Source: Nanobdellota archaeon (lineage in GTDB: Archaea > Nanobdellota > Nanobdellia > Pacearchaeales > GW2011-AR1). Taken from it: a DNA stretch of 64,000 bases. A model generated the notes under the pieces. It did no database searches. It saw only the letters and a program-made list of their open reading frames with translations, and was not told the origin of the DNA. Positions 35,671 to 45,615 of the stretch are shown in pieces (positions within the stretch are counted from its first letter, which is position 1; the number at the start of each line of letters is the position of its first letter). The stretch is from positions 1 to 64,000 of the forward strand of contig JBBSXB010000008.1 of the NCBI GenBank assembly GCA_038046005.1. The letters run 5' to 3'. A program made the position numbers and the translations under genes.

Positions 35671-38124
35671 TTAAAAATCCCCCAAAGTCTTTTGTCTTCT
35701 TCCATCTATCAGTTCTTCAGCATTGACATTAAAAACTTGGAGGATATTTTCAATTGCAGGGAGTATTTGATGTTTTAAATAATACTCTATGTTGTATTCT
35801 CCCTTTTCTTGGGGAAGTTTAACTTTATCTCTAACAAGCTTTTTGTTTTCTCTTGTTTCCGCTATATAAAATTCAATTAATGTGCCTGCACTTACTGGAA
35901 TCTCTAATTCATGCATTTTTTTTGCGGCTATAACATGGGGGGAAATTGCCTTGTATTCAGATATTGGCTTTTTTAATTGTGTTTTTATTATGAACTCTTC
36001 TCTTGGAATTTCCCTGGACTTTATTTTTTTAATTGTTTTTTTTAAATATTCCAAACTGGCCTTTTCATTTCCGTCATTCAATACTTGTCTTAAAATATTA
36101 TTTTGAATCTCTCTTGCTAGTTTGCACCAGTCTCTTCTCACTGTTTCAAAACCCCTTATTTTCAGCCTGCCTTTTTCATCTATCAAAGCATATTTCTTTT
36201 TTGCACCAATATCTCCTGTTCTTTTTGTAACCCATATACCCCTCTTGAAAAATCCCTCCAACTCAAGCCCCATTATTCCAGGGAGTTTTTCATTTAAGGA
36301 ATTAAGGAATTCAAGCGTTTGTTTTTGTGTTTTATTGCCTTGGATGAATGCAATTGAATCTGTGTCAGAATAAATTACTTTATAGTCGGCTTTTTCTATA
36401 TTTTCAATTGCTTCTTTGATTGATTGTCTTGCAAATGCCGCTGTTGCTGCCCCCGCCTCTTCGCAATAATATCTTCCTCCGAAAAAACTTTGGTATCCAT
36501 AAGAAGCATTCGCGAGTAACTTGAAAGCATTGCTCCTTGCTCTTTTTACTGGATCATCTTCTTTTTTTAATTCTTCTTTGTACTGCTTTCTTTTTTTTAT
36601 TATTTCTTTTAACATTTCTGGAAAAAATCCTGGCTCTTTAGAAAAGTAAACTTTTTTCCCAAGAGCTTCAATGCTGTAAGAATTTTTTTCAGGTTTGTTT
36701 AATAAAGTTGATTTAGACAAATTGAAAGTTACTATAACACTTCCATAACTTGATGTGAAATCAAAGACAGCGAGGTTTTCATAAAGTCCTGGAGTTGGTT
36801 CAAAAACAAATGCTCCTTCGAAAGGAGGCTGTTTTCTTCTCTCACCTATTTCATCGTATGTTGGTCTCTTTTCAGGGATTTCGTCAAACTTTTCAAGATT
36901 GTGGATTATAAAATCTTCAACATTTTTCGACATGCCGTTCCTTGTTACATCAAAAACAGGTTCTTGCATGATTTTTGTGAATTCGCTTATGTCTGGCCAG
37001 AACTTTTCAAACAACCTGTACGTCAAGCTCGAGTCATGCAAATTATACTCAAAATATTTTTCCCATTCATGCTCTTTTATTTTTGATGAGTGCTTGAACT
37101 TGAAATCTTTTTTTTCATCACCTAAAAATTCCTTTGAAACTTCGTTTAAAGATAATGTTTCTGATTGCATGTATTGGGAGTATGCTGTTTGTATAAACTT
37201 TAATAAATCCACATGGACAATTCCAAATATCCTTCCAGTAGTCATTATACCTTTGTAGAATCTTGGTTGACTTTCATCTAGGCCCAAAGCTAGTTTAACC
37301 TTATTTTTTTCCGCTCTTGCTTTTAGATATGGCAAATCAAATCCATCTGAGAAATATCCAACAAGAAAATCTGGCGAGATTTTTCCGATATACTCTACAA
37401 ATTTTTCTAGTAGTGCTTTTTCATCTTTAACATATTCCACATAATCTGGTTTTTCATTCGTTTTTTTGAATGTTATAACTTTTTTGAAGTTGTTTGAGAA
37501 TAAAGACAACATTATTATTTCTCCTTCTCCAATTTTGAAATCATCTGCTTCAATATCATAGGCTAAAATTTTTGGTGAAAAATTGGTTTCTTTTAATTCT
37601 TTGTGCGAATTTAACTTTATGCAGAAATTTACGTTTAGAGATTTGCCTATCCCACCAAATTCCAAACTCTCAGATATCTCTTCTCCATCTATTTCATAAA
37701 ATTGCAGCGGTTTTAATTTTTTTTCAATTATGTAATGAGTTATAAATCCTAAATCATATCCTCTTCTTTTTTCTATTTCAGGAAAATCCAACTCACTTGC
37801 AATATTATGCATGTCTTTGTAGTTTGTCGCGAATATCTTAAGGGCTTTAACACTTCTCCCGAGAAATTTTTTGTCATGCAGTTCAACTTTTTCTACTTTT
37901 GTGAATCTTCCTTTGACATCAAGCTTTATTTTTTCTATTTTTTCCGTAAGAGATTTTATTTTTTCTTTGGAAATCCCTTCTTTTAACACTGCCCAAAAAT
38001 AAACTGGGCATGAGTCTATGACACAAATCCTTTTCCCTTCTTTGTTTCTGCCCACAATTTCTATGTAGTTTCTTCCTTCAAAATCAAAGTAATCATAGTC
38101 GACTGGGATGAATGTTGTTTTCAT
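35671..38124 (-). CDS. polB: family B DNA polymerase
   Basis: ExoI YDIE, ExoIII YNLHD, region II DFTSSYGS, KLLANASYGY, YSDTDS, KKKYA, GFETVRRDW, PIP box QKTLGDF. Confidence 0.96.
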   Translation of the reverse strand: MKTTFIPVDYDYFDFEGRNYIEIVGRNKEGKRICVIDSCPVYFWAVLKEGISKEKIKSLTEKIEKIKLDVKGRFTKVEKVELHDKKFLGRSVKALKIFATNYKDMHNIASELDFPEIEKRRGYDLGFITHYIIEKKLKPLQFYEIDGEEISESLEFGGIGKSLNVNFCIKLNSHKELKETNFSPKILAYDIEADDFKIGEGEIIMLSLFSNNFKKVITFKKTNEKPDYVEYVKDEKALLEKFVEYIGKISPDFLVGYFSDGFDLPYLKARAEKNKVKLALGLDESQPRFYKGIMTTGRIFGIVHVDLLKFIQTAYSQYMQSETLSLNEVSKEFLGDEKKDFKFKHSSKIKEHEWEKYFEYNLHDSSLTYRLFEKFWPDISEFTKIMQEPVFDVTRNGMSKNVEDFIIHNLEKFDEIPEKRPTYDEIGERRKQPPFEGAFVFEPTPGLYENLAVFDFTSSYGSVIVTFNLSKSTLLNKPEKNSYSIEALGKKVYFSKEPGFFPEMLKEIIKKRKQYKEELKKEDDPVKRARSNAFKLLANASYGYQSFFGGRYYCEEAGAATAAFARQSIKEAIENIEKADYKVIYSDTDSIAFIQGNKTQKQTLEFLNSLNEKLPGIMGLELEGFFKRGIWVTKRTGDIGAKKKYALIDEKGRLKIRGFETVRRDWCKLAREIQNNILRQVLNDGNEKASLEYLKKTIKKIKSREIPREEFIIKTQLKKPISEYKAISPHVIAAKKMHELEIPVSAGTLIEFYIAETRENKKLVRDKVKLPQEKGEYNIEYYLKHQILPAIENILQVFNVNAEELIDGRRQKTLGDF

Positions 38125-38217
38125 AGAATCTTAAAATTCAGGAATTATTTAAAGCTTGGTTTTGAGGGAAAATTTCATATTCGTAAGATTTAAAAACCCC
38201 TAGATAGTAGTGACTAT

Positions 38218-38580
38218 ATGAGAATAGATGACATTGGAAGCTATGAAAGTGATCCAGAAACTAATGAAAGAATTAGACTGGCTCTTACTAAATCACAACT
38301 CCCCGAAATTCCTGAAGAAGAACGTAGGAAGTATGGAGTAAATAAGAATCTTATCCGACTTGTTGAATCAAGTAACTTCTTATCAAGTCCAGTATCACTT
38401 ACCTCTGCAAAAAGAGCTTTTTTGTCTAATCGCGGTTTTACTTCAATTGATGATGGAGAAAATTCCATTTCTATTGGTTTCGCTACTCCTGAAAAAGTTC
38501 ATTATAAGCTAGTTGAATTGTATAAAAGTGTTCTAAGAGAAAATGGACTTTACGAGCAAAAATATGGGGTCAAGTCTTAA
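38218..38580 (+). CDS. hypothetical protein
   Basis: 120-aa ORF with upstream TATA box. Confidence 0.6.
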   Translation: MRIDDIGSYESDPETNERIRLALTKSQLPEIPEEERRKYGVNKNLIRLVESSNFLSSPVSLTSAKRAFLSNRGFTSIDDGENSISIGFATPEKVHYKLVELYKSVLRENGLYEQKYGVKS

Positions 38581-38618
38581 TCCGTTAATTATTTATATTT
38601 CTAATACTACCAAATTTC

Positions 38619-39659
38619 ATGGGACTAAACATACGAGACATAATCCCGAGAAGAGAAATTGAAATACCTGACTTAAAAGGGAAGATAATCTGTGTTGATG
38701 CTTTTAATACTTTATATCAGTTTCTTTCAACAATCAGGCAACCGGACGGAACACCATTGATGGATTCTAAAAAAAGGGTCACCAGTCATTTGTCTGGGAT
38801 TTTTTATAGGAATATAAGCCTTTTGTCAGAAGGCCTAAGATTAGTTTATGTTTTTGATGGGAAACCTCCTGACTTGAAATATAAGACTTTTCTAAAAAGA
38901 GAAAGTGGGAGAGATTTTGCTAAAGAAAGATATGAGGAGGCCAAAGACAGAGAAGACCTTGATGCAATGAAAAGATACAGCTCCCAACTGACAAGGATTA
39001 ATGATGAGATGATTGAGGAATCTAAAGAGCTTTTGAAAGCGATGGGAATCGGAGTTGTCCAAGCTCCTGGAGAGGGTGAAGCAGAAGCTGCTCATTTAGC
39101 CAGAATTAAAGAAAACGTTTATGCAAGTGCGAGTCAGGATTATGACAGTTTACTTTTTGGTGCTCCAAATCTCATACAAAATTTAACTTTGGCAAGAAAA
39201 AGGAAAACAGTTTCTGGCTGGGTTGAGATTAATCCTGAGATAATTGAACTGGACAAAGTTTTGAATTCACTTGAAATAAATCTGGATCAATTGATTTGTT
39301 TAGGAATTTTAGTTGGGACCGACTATAATCCTAAAGGAATTCCCGGAATAGGGCAGAAAAAAGCTTTGGACATAGTAAGAAAATATAAACAACCTGTTTT
39401 AATTTTTGAGAGCATTGGGGAACAGTGGAGCAGACTGCCTCAAGAAGATAAATTTGATTGGATGGAAATTTTTAGTTTATTTAAAAAACCTAATGTAGTC
39501 AATTCGGAAATAAAATTTTGGAAAGTAGATGAAGACAAGATAAGAGACATACTTATCAAAAGGCATGATTTTTCTGAAGAAAGAGTTGAGAAGCAACTAG
39601 AAAGGCTTAGAGACATAAAAGAGAAACAAAAACAAAAAGGTCTTGACAAATGGATGTGA
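38619..39659 (+). CDS. fen: flap endonuclease 1
   Basis: DAFNTLYQFL..RQPDG, VFDG, EGEAEAA, SQDYDSLLFG, GTDYN..GIG, PIP box QKGLDKW. Confidence 0.97.
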   Translation: MGLNIRDIIPRREIEIPDLKGKIICVDAFNTLYQFLSTIRQPDGTPLMDSKKRVTSHLSGIFYRNISLLSEGLRLVYVFDGKPPDLKYKTFLKRESGRDFAKERYEEAKDREDLDAMKRYSSQLTRINDEMIEESKELLKAMGIGVVQAPGEGEAEAAHLARIKENVYASASQDYDSLLFGAPNLIQNLTLARKRKTVSGWVEINPEIIELDKVLNSLEINLDQLICLGILVGTDYNPKGIPGIGQKKALDIVRKYKQPVLIFESIGEQWSRLPQEDKFDWMEIFSLFKKPNVVNSEIKFWKVDEDKIRDILIKRHDFSEERVEKQLERLRDIKEKQKQKGLDKWM

Positions 39660-39691
39660 AGGTTTTTAAATTTGAAATTCTTTAATTGAGC

Positions 39692-39898
39692 ATGAATGAA
39701 GAGTTGAACCACAATATTAATTTTAATATCTTCACAATTATCGGGCTGATTTTAGTTGGTATTGGATTATTCTTCTTTGTGCCTAATCTGACCGGCAATG
39801 CTACAGGCAATCTTAATGCAAGCATAACAAATATTCTTGGGATTGCTCTTTTTGTTCTGGGGCTGGTTGTAGTATACTTTTCTTTTAAGAAAAAGTGA
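39692..39898 (+). CDS. small two-TM protein (TM-NLTGNA-TM-KKK)
   Basis: Same architecture as the C-terminal tail of 15716-16606. Confidence 0.65.
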   Translation: MNEELNHNINFNIFTIIGLILVGIGLFFFVPNLTGNATGNLNASITNILGIALFVLGLVVVYFSFKKK

Positions 39899-39899
39899 A

Positions 39900-40451
39900 T
39901 TAAGTTTTGCCCCTACTCTTTTTATTCTTGGACATCCTTATCCCGAAATATATTAGGATTAAAATTGCTCCTACGACAAACATAAATGTTGATTGATAGA
40001 CTAACCCAAGTGCACTTACTATTATAAAAAATCCACCTAGAATGATTAAGAGGTTCCATTTTGTTTTTATTCCTAAGAAAATTGCTCCAACTATAAATAT
40101 CAATAAGCCAAGTATATAGAGTGTGTCTGAAGAAAATCCTAACCCTAAGAAAATGTTTGAAAAGTCTAAACCCGTCTTGTTCAATCCGTAGATAATTAAA
40201 AGAGAAACACAGAGAGAAATTATCATGGCTATATTTGTATTTGGCTCAGTCATCCCATATCTGTCTTTTCTCATAAAGACTCTTGAAAATATAAAGAACA
40301 ACAATGCAAAACATATCATGAACACTGCCCCCAAGACAATTGTTGAAGAATCAATGCTGTTTAACATGTCACTTAAATTGAATATTTGCGCACTTGCAAC
40401 CGACATTGAAAACAAAGAAACTATCAAAGCTAAAAATCCCTTTTCTTTCAT
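39900..40451 (-). CDS. membrane protein with signal peptide
   Basis: VASA cleavage-like site followed by several TM helices. Confidence 0.7.
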   Translation of the reverse strand: MKEKGFLALIVSLFSMSVASAQIFNLSDMLNSIDSSTIVLGAVFMICFALLFFIFSRVFMRKDRYGMTEPNTNIAMIISLCVSLLIIYGLNKTGLDFSNIFLGLGFSSDTLYILGLLIFIVGAIFLGIKTKWNLLIILGGFFIIVSALGLVYQSTFMFVVGAILILIYFGIRMSKNKKSRGKT

Positions 40452-40522
40452 GATTTATACAAGAAGAACTATTTTATAAAGCTTGCCACAAAGTTTAAAT
40501 GTTGATTCTAGCTTTTTGAATA

Positions 40523-41296
40523 ATGGTTAGATCATTTAACATTTTAGGCAACATTGCAATAGTAAATTTTCCCAAGGAGCATAGCATTAAAGAAAAGAAA
40601 AAATTTGCTTTAAAAATTTTGAAGTCTAATAATTCTATAAAAACTGTTTTAGAAAAAGCGGGAAAATTTAAAGGGAGGCTCAGAAAGCCTTTAATTAAAT
40701 TTGTTGCAGGAGAAAATACAAAAGAGGTTGTTTACAGAGAAAATGGCTGTGTCTTTAGATTTAATATAGACAAAACTTATTTTTCTTCAAGATTGAGCAA
40801 TGAAAGAAAAGAAATTTCAAATTTGATTAAAAAAGGAGAAAGTGTATTAGTCATGTTTGCAGGAGTTGCGCCATTTTCTATAACTATTGCAAAGAATTCA
40901 AAAGCTTCAAAAGTTTACAGCAATGAACTTAACAGGGAGGCAAATAAATACGGAAGGCTAAATGCTGAGTTAAACAAAGTCAAAGACAAAATTATTTTTT
41001 TGGACGGGGACATAAAAAGAGTGGTTAAGAAGTTTAGAGAAAAGTTGGATGTTATAGTCATGCCACGTCCTCAGCTAAAAGATTCTTTTTTGAATGAGGC
41101 TTTTTCATTAAGCAAAAAAGGAACTAGGATTTATTATTATGATTTTTGCATGGAAGATGCAAAAAATTTGGTTTTGGATAAAATAAAGAATGAAGCTGTG
41201 AAAGCCAAGAAGAAAATAAAAATATTAAAGATGAAGAACGCTGGTGAAATTGCTCCTTACAAGAATAGAGTTCGGGTTGATCTGGTTGTGTTGTGA
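40523..41296 (+). CDS. Trm5/Met-10+-family tRNA methyltransferase
   Basis: FNILGNIAI, ENGC.F...YFSSRLSNER, VMFAGVAPF, ELN. Confidence 0.88.
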   Translation: MVRSFNILGNIAIVNFPKEHSIKEKKKFALKILKSNNSIKTVLEKAGKFKGRLRKPLIKFVAGENTKEVVYRENGCVFRFNIDKTYFSSRLSNERKEISNLIKKGESVLVMFAGVAPFSITIAKNSKASKVYSNELNREANKYGRLNAELNKVKDKIIFLDGDIKRVVKKFREKLDVIVMPRPQLKDSFLNEAFSLSKKGTRIYYYDFCMEDAKNLVLDKIKNEAVKAKKKIKILKMKNAGEIAPYKNRVRVDLVVL

Positions 41297-41304
41297 TTAT
41301 TGTC

Positions 41305-41553
41305 TTAAAGAGAATATTGCCGCGATTCATTAAGCATCTCAAGTTCTAATTGAGATTGAAGTGGTTGGTTTTTTTGAGTGGTGCTAACTATTTGATCTTG
41401 ACTCATTCTTGGATAATACAACCATGGATTAACTCCATATTCTCTTGCTATTCTAGCAATAGTCTTACTTGGATTTCCTCTAGTTTCTGCCGTTATTACA
41501 ACTACTCTTGATCTTATCTGGTTTTCTGAATGTGCTTCCATAACTCTCAACAT
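41305..41553 (-). CDS. small hypothetical protein
   Basis: 82-aa ORF. Confidence 0.4.
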   Translation of the reverse strand: MLRVMEAHSENQIRSRVVVITAETRGNPSKTIARIAREYGVNPWLYYPRMSQDQIVSTTQKNQPLQSQLELEMLNESRQYSL

Positions 41554-41575
41554 AGTTTTTGGTTTAAAAACCTTA

Positions 41576-42883
41576 CTAAATCTTCTTCTCAGCCTTTATT
41601 GCTGTTGGGGCTTCCCCACCATGCCATGTGAATCTTGGCCGCACTCTCATTGGGTAAATTCTTTCAGAATTGTCGTCAAGCAAAATTGCAGAACCCCTTA
41701 AAGAAGGCAAATCATCCATGTACCTTTTTATGCTGTCAAGCAAATAGGATTGCATTATGAAATTCAAAGCCTCTAGGTCAGGGGCTGAGGTTACTCTATG
41801 GCTTATTACTATATCTGCTTGAGTCATTACATCCCTATGAATTTGGCCCGGCTGTTGTGTAGCAAGGACTAAAGAAATTCCTGGCTGTCTTCCCTCTCTT
41901 AGAATTTGTATTAGCGAATCTGTTGCTAAAGTTTTTTCATGCAATGGCAAAAATTCATGGGCCTCGTCTATAAAAATCCAGACAATTGGGTTTTCTTTTC
42001 TCTCTAAAGAGAAAGAGTAATCAAGACCTCTTGCAACTGATTTTACTTCTTCTTCTTTTCTTGAAGCCATTCTCTGATTGAAAATTTTTCTTGACACCAA
42101 GCTTATTACTAAAGCTCTTACATTAAAAGCTCCGACAGAGTTGTAAACACTTAAGTCTAAAATAGATGTTGCTCCGGAGATTATTAAATCAGAAACTTTC
42201 GTTGCTTCTTTTGATGATTCTCCGAAGATTCCCCAGTTTTCTGCTGCTTCAAATAAAGATATCGTGGCGTTTTTCACATTTTCATTTGTTTTTTTGTCTG
42301 CATCAAGTTCTGATATTATTTTTTTTATGTTGGTGCTTTTTGATTTTAATTTTGGAATTGTCCTTTCTATCAATATTGAAATTGGGTCTGTAATATTCAA
42401 GCCGAAAGTTAAAATCCAATCTTCAGAATCCATTTCATTTACATCTAACGCGAATTTTTCATCTGCCGGAATTCCTTTTTCAATGTAATCAGAGTAATGT
42501 CCGTAAGGGACAAATACTTTTATAGGAAGGTTTTGGGTTTTGAGCCCCCATTCTGAAAGTAAATCCCGGTCTTTTTCATTTTTGTACTTCATTGTCCAGT
42601 AAATTCCCATCGTGTCAAATATTAATGATGCAATATTCTCTTTTGCTTCCTTTTGTAAATTTGAAAGCTCTTCAGCAATGACCCCCAGTGTGTAGGATTT
42701 TCCTGATCCTCTTTTTCCTGCAACAAGAACAACATGGCTTCTTGCAACATCCATTGATATTTTGTTGCTTAAAGAAGTATACTGGCCCATTTTTACATAG
42801 CTTTTTCCAATGTAAATCAAACCTTTATTTCCGAATGCTTTTTTATCGGCCTCATTTCTCCCAATTATTATGTCGTATGGCAT
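41576..42883 (-). CDS. HerA/FtsK-superfamily ATPase (DUF87)
   Basis: GKRGSGKSY, FDTMGIYW, IDEAHEF, REGRQPGISLVLATQQP. Confidence 0.9.
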   Translation of the reverse strand: MPYDIIIGRNEADKKAFGNKGLIYIGKSYVKMGQYTSLSNKISMDVARSHVVLVAGKRGSGKSYTLGVIAEELSNLQKEAKENIASLIFDTMGIYWTMKYKNEKDRDLLSEWGLKTQNLPIKVFVPYGHYSDYIEKGIPADEKFALDVNEMDSEDWILTFGLNITDPISILIERTIPKLKSKSTNIKKIISELDADKKTNENVKNATISLFEAAENWGIFGESSKEATKVSDLIISGATSILDLSVYNSVGAFNVRALVISLVSRKIFNQRMASRKEEEVKSVARGLDYSFSLERKENPIVWIFIDEAHEFLPLHEKTLATDSLIQILREGRQPGISLVLATQQPGQIHRDVMTQADIVISHRVTSAPDLEALNFIMQSYLLDSIKRYMDDLPSLRGSAILLDDNSERIYPMRVRPRFTWHGGEAPTAIKAEKKI

Positions 42884-43011
42884 TGATTATAAACGAAAAA
42901 ATTCTTTTTATATTTTTGTTATAGTTAACTTTCACACTTTAAAATCACAAAACTGAACAATATATTTTAACTATTCATAAACTTTATAAATGCTGTTTTC
43001 ATCCAGCTTTG

Positions 43012-44061
43012 ATGGACGCTGGCAAAGAAGTAAAAAAAACTGACAAGGTTGAACATAAAGTTCCTGAAGAACAAATTTCAGTTCATAAAGTGCCAAGTGT
43101 TACTCAAAGGATGAGACAAAATCCCTGGATTGTTTCTACACTTATTTTAGTGGTTGTCACTTTTATATTATTAATTGGAAATTTTTCTGGAAGTTCTGGG
43201 AAAATTGATGGTGCCTCTGTTGCTTCAAAGGCTGATGTTGAAGCAAAAATTATGAGTTTTGTGAAATCACAAGTTGGAGATGATGCCACTCTTGTCGGGA
43301 CAAATGTTACAAACGGGCTTTATATGGTCACAATTTCTTATCAAGGTCAGCAAGTTCCAATATATATGACTTTGGACGGTAAAAATCTTGTACAAGGAGT
43401 TGCACCTTTTGATGCAATCTTACAGCAAGCACAGCAACAAAATTCAGGAAGTGGAACTGCTTCTGCAGGCTCTGCAACTAAAGTTAATATTCCATTAGGC
43501 AACTCGCCTTCGATAGGAAATGCAAATGCAAAAGTTACTGTTATTGAATTCACAGACTTTTCATGCCCATACTGCGAGGCTGCATCAGGATACAATACTC
43601 AAATGGCTTCTTCTTTACAGAATCAAAATCCCGGCTGGCAACCAATTGTTTCTAATCTTTTGAAAGATTATGTAGATACCGGAAAAGTTAGATTTGTAAC
43701 TAAGTATGCCTTCGGACATAGCGGAGGAAAACCTGCCCAGTCAGTTGCATGGTGCTTGAATGACCAAAATCTTTATTGGAAATTCTATCCTTTGGCTTTT
43801 GCGAAATCAGCCACAGAAGTTGAAGATTTGAATTTAATGAAAGAAATTGCTAAAAGCATTGGTGCTGATATGACCAAATTACAATCTTGCCTTGATTCAA
43901 AGAAATATGATGCTCAATTTACTACAGAACAAACAGAGGCTCAACAGGCAGGCGTTAGCGGAACACCTGCATTCTTTGTTAATGGAATACTTGTGGAAGG
44001 AGCGGTTCCATACAGCCAGATTAAACAAGTGATTGACGCAGAGTTGGCTGCTAGTGCCTGA
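43012..44061 (+). CDS. membrane-anchored DsbA-family thiol-disulfide oxidoreductase
   Basis: TM, EFTDFSCPYC, GVSGTPAFFVNG..GAVPY. Confidence 0.9.
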   Translation: MDAGKEVKKTDKVEHKVPEEQISVHKVPSVTQRMRQNPWIVSTLILVVVTFILLIGNFSGSSGKIDGASVASKADVEAKIMSFVKSQVGDDATLVGTNVTNGLYMVTISYQGQQVPIYMTLDGKNLVQGVAPFDAILQQAQQQNSGSGTASAGSATKVNIPLGNSPSIGNANAKVTVIEFTDFSCPYCEAASGYNTQMASSLQNQNPGWQPIVSNLLKDYVDTGKVRFVTKYAFGHSGGKPAQSVAWCLNDQNLYWKFYPLAFAKSATEVEDLNLMKEIAKSIGADMTKLQSCLDSKKYDAQFTTEQTEAQQAGVSGTPAFFVNGILVEGAVPYSQIKQVIDAELAASA

Positions 44062-44101
44062 GAATAATAATTCTTTTAAAGAGAGGTTTGTTTTACTGTA
44101 T

Positions 44102-44321
44102 ATGGGAGTTAGACTAGAAAAGGAATTAGAAAAACCAGATTGGAAACAATGGTTACCTGTTTGGGGAATTTATGTGGCGGATAAAGCTATTAGAGACGGA
44201 AAACTCTCTTTAGCGAACTTTGAATTTTATGATTTAAGATTTCATTTTTTTGTTGCTTATCATGCGATATGTGCTGGTGTTCCCCCTTGCCTTAGGAATT
44301 GATTATTTAAGCAAGTTATAA
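44102..44321 (+). pseudogene. small membrane protein (IPxYG family) with apparent frameshift in a C5 tract
   Basis: Removing one C at 44282-44286 gives ..GVPLALGIDYLSKL*, matching paralog C-termini. Confidence 0.55.
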
Positions 44322-44342
44322 TCAATTTAAGCATGACAATCT

Positions 44343-45542
44343 CTAACTCTCAACATATTCAATCTCTTCTTCAGTCAACTTAAGTTCTTTCTGGATTGCT
44401 TTGCTTGCCTTGATTATATTTTTCAATATCGGAAAATCCTGCAAAGCTCTTTTTTCTCCGACGTGAACTTTGTGGGCATATTTTTGTGCTATCGCTTTTT
44501 TCTTTGCTATTTTCTGATTGTGGAGCCATATCTTAAGGATTCTTTGAGGTTTTTTGTAACTGGTAAAGCCAGTTTTAGTCCCTTTTTTTGCTGCAGAGAT
44601 GCCATAACCTAAAAAGATGCTTTCGTAAACCATGAACCTCCAGTATTGCTGTTTGTAAATTCTTCCTTTGAACAAATCAACTTTACTTAAGCTATCAAAC
44701 GCCTTTGCCAATTCCTCTCCTTGATATTCTGCAGGAATATTTTCCTCAACCCAAAGTATTATTTCATCTAAGGGCAGGTTTACTGAATCAAAAATTCTAA
44801 GAGTTTCGTCTGTTGGTTTTCCTTTGAATATCAATCTTAATGCATTGAAAATATCCATTTCTTTATTTCTGTCATCAAATGTGAAATAAGCTTCTCCGCC
44901 TAATCTTGAAATAGACTGCAAATCATTTATGGCTGCTCTTAAGTCTCCTTTTGATTTAATGGAAATTTGAGTAATTGTTTCTGGATTGATTTTTAGATTT
45001 TCTTTTCTTGCAATTTCTGTCAATATGGGAGATATTGTCTTGTAATCTATTTCTTTCAATTGTGTTATCTCAGACTTTTGTCTTAAAACACTAAACCTTC
45101 TGTCCCAGATATCATTAGCAGTTATTATCACTGGATACACTGATGTTTCTACAAGAACTAACAACTCGGGCAAACCACCCCAATCTACTTTTGAAATTCC
45201 GTCTACTTCATCAACAAGAATTATCTTGTTTTCTTTTATAAGGGATTTTTGTTCTAGTGCTGGTTTTAAAATTTCTCTTAGCCTTTCTCTATCTCTTAAA
45301 TTGGAAGCATTTAACTCGAACAATTCAGAATTTGCCTCTTTTGCTGCAACATGCGCAAGAGTTGTCTTGCCTATTCCAGGAGGTCCGTAAAGAATCATTG
45401 ACTTTTTTGGTTTTTTTGGAAATGTTCCTACTTTTTTAAAATTATCAAGAAATTGTTTTATTTTTTGCACAGCTAAATCCTGCCCTTTAACATCTTCAAA
45501 TTTTTTAGGCCTATATTTTTCAACCCAATTTTGTTCTTTCAT
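44343..45542 (-). CDS. rfcL: replication factor C large subunit
   Basis: WVEKYRP, GPPGIGKTT, ELNASN.R, VDEVDG, GDLRAAINDLQ. Confidence 0.94.
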   Translation of the reverse strand: MKEQNWVEKYRPKKFEDVKGQDLAVQKIKQFLDNFKKVGTFPKKPKKSMILYGPPGIGKTTLAHVAAKEANSELFELNASNLRDRERLREILKPALEQKSLIKENKIILVDEVDGISKVDWGGLPELLVLVETSVYPVIITANDIWDRRFSVLRQKSEITQLKEIDYKTISPILTEIARKENLKINPETITQISIKSKGDLRAAINDLQSISRLGGEAYFTFDDRNKEMDIFNALRLIFKGKPTDETLRIFDSVNLPLDEIILWVEENIPAEYQGEELAKAFDSLSKVDLFKGRIYKQQYWRFMVYESIFLGYGISAAKKGTKTGFTSYKKPQRILKIWLHNQKIAKKKAIAQKYAHKVHVGEKRALQDFPILKNIIKASKAIQKELKLTEEEIEYVES

Positions 45543-45615
45543 ATAAAAACCTCCAGCGGGTTTTTCATCCCGCAACCACTTTCAACGCGTAGTTCACAAC
45601 AACCTCTTTTTAAAA

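Noticed and set aside
41576-42883. HerA-like ATPase as part of a defence system
   Set aside because: No adjacent nuclease, SIR2 or NurA gene; solo DUF87 ATPases are common in such genomes
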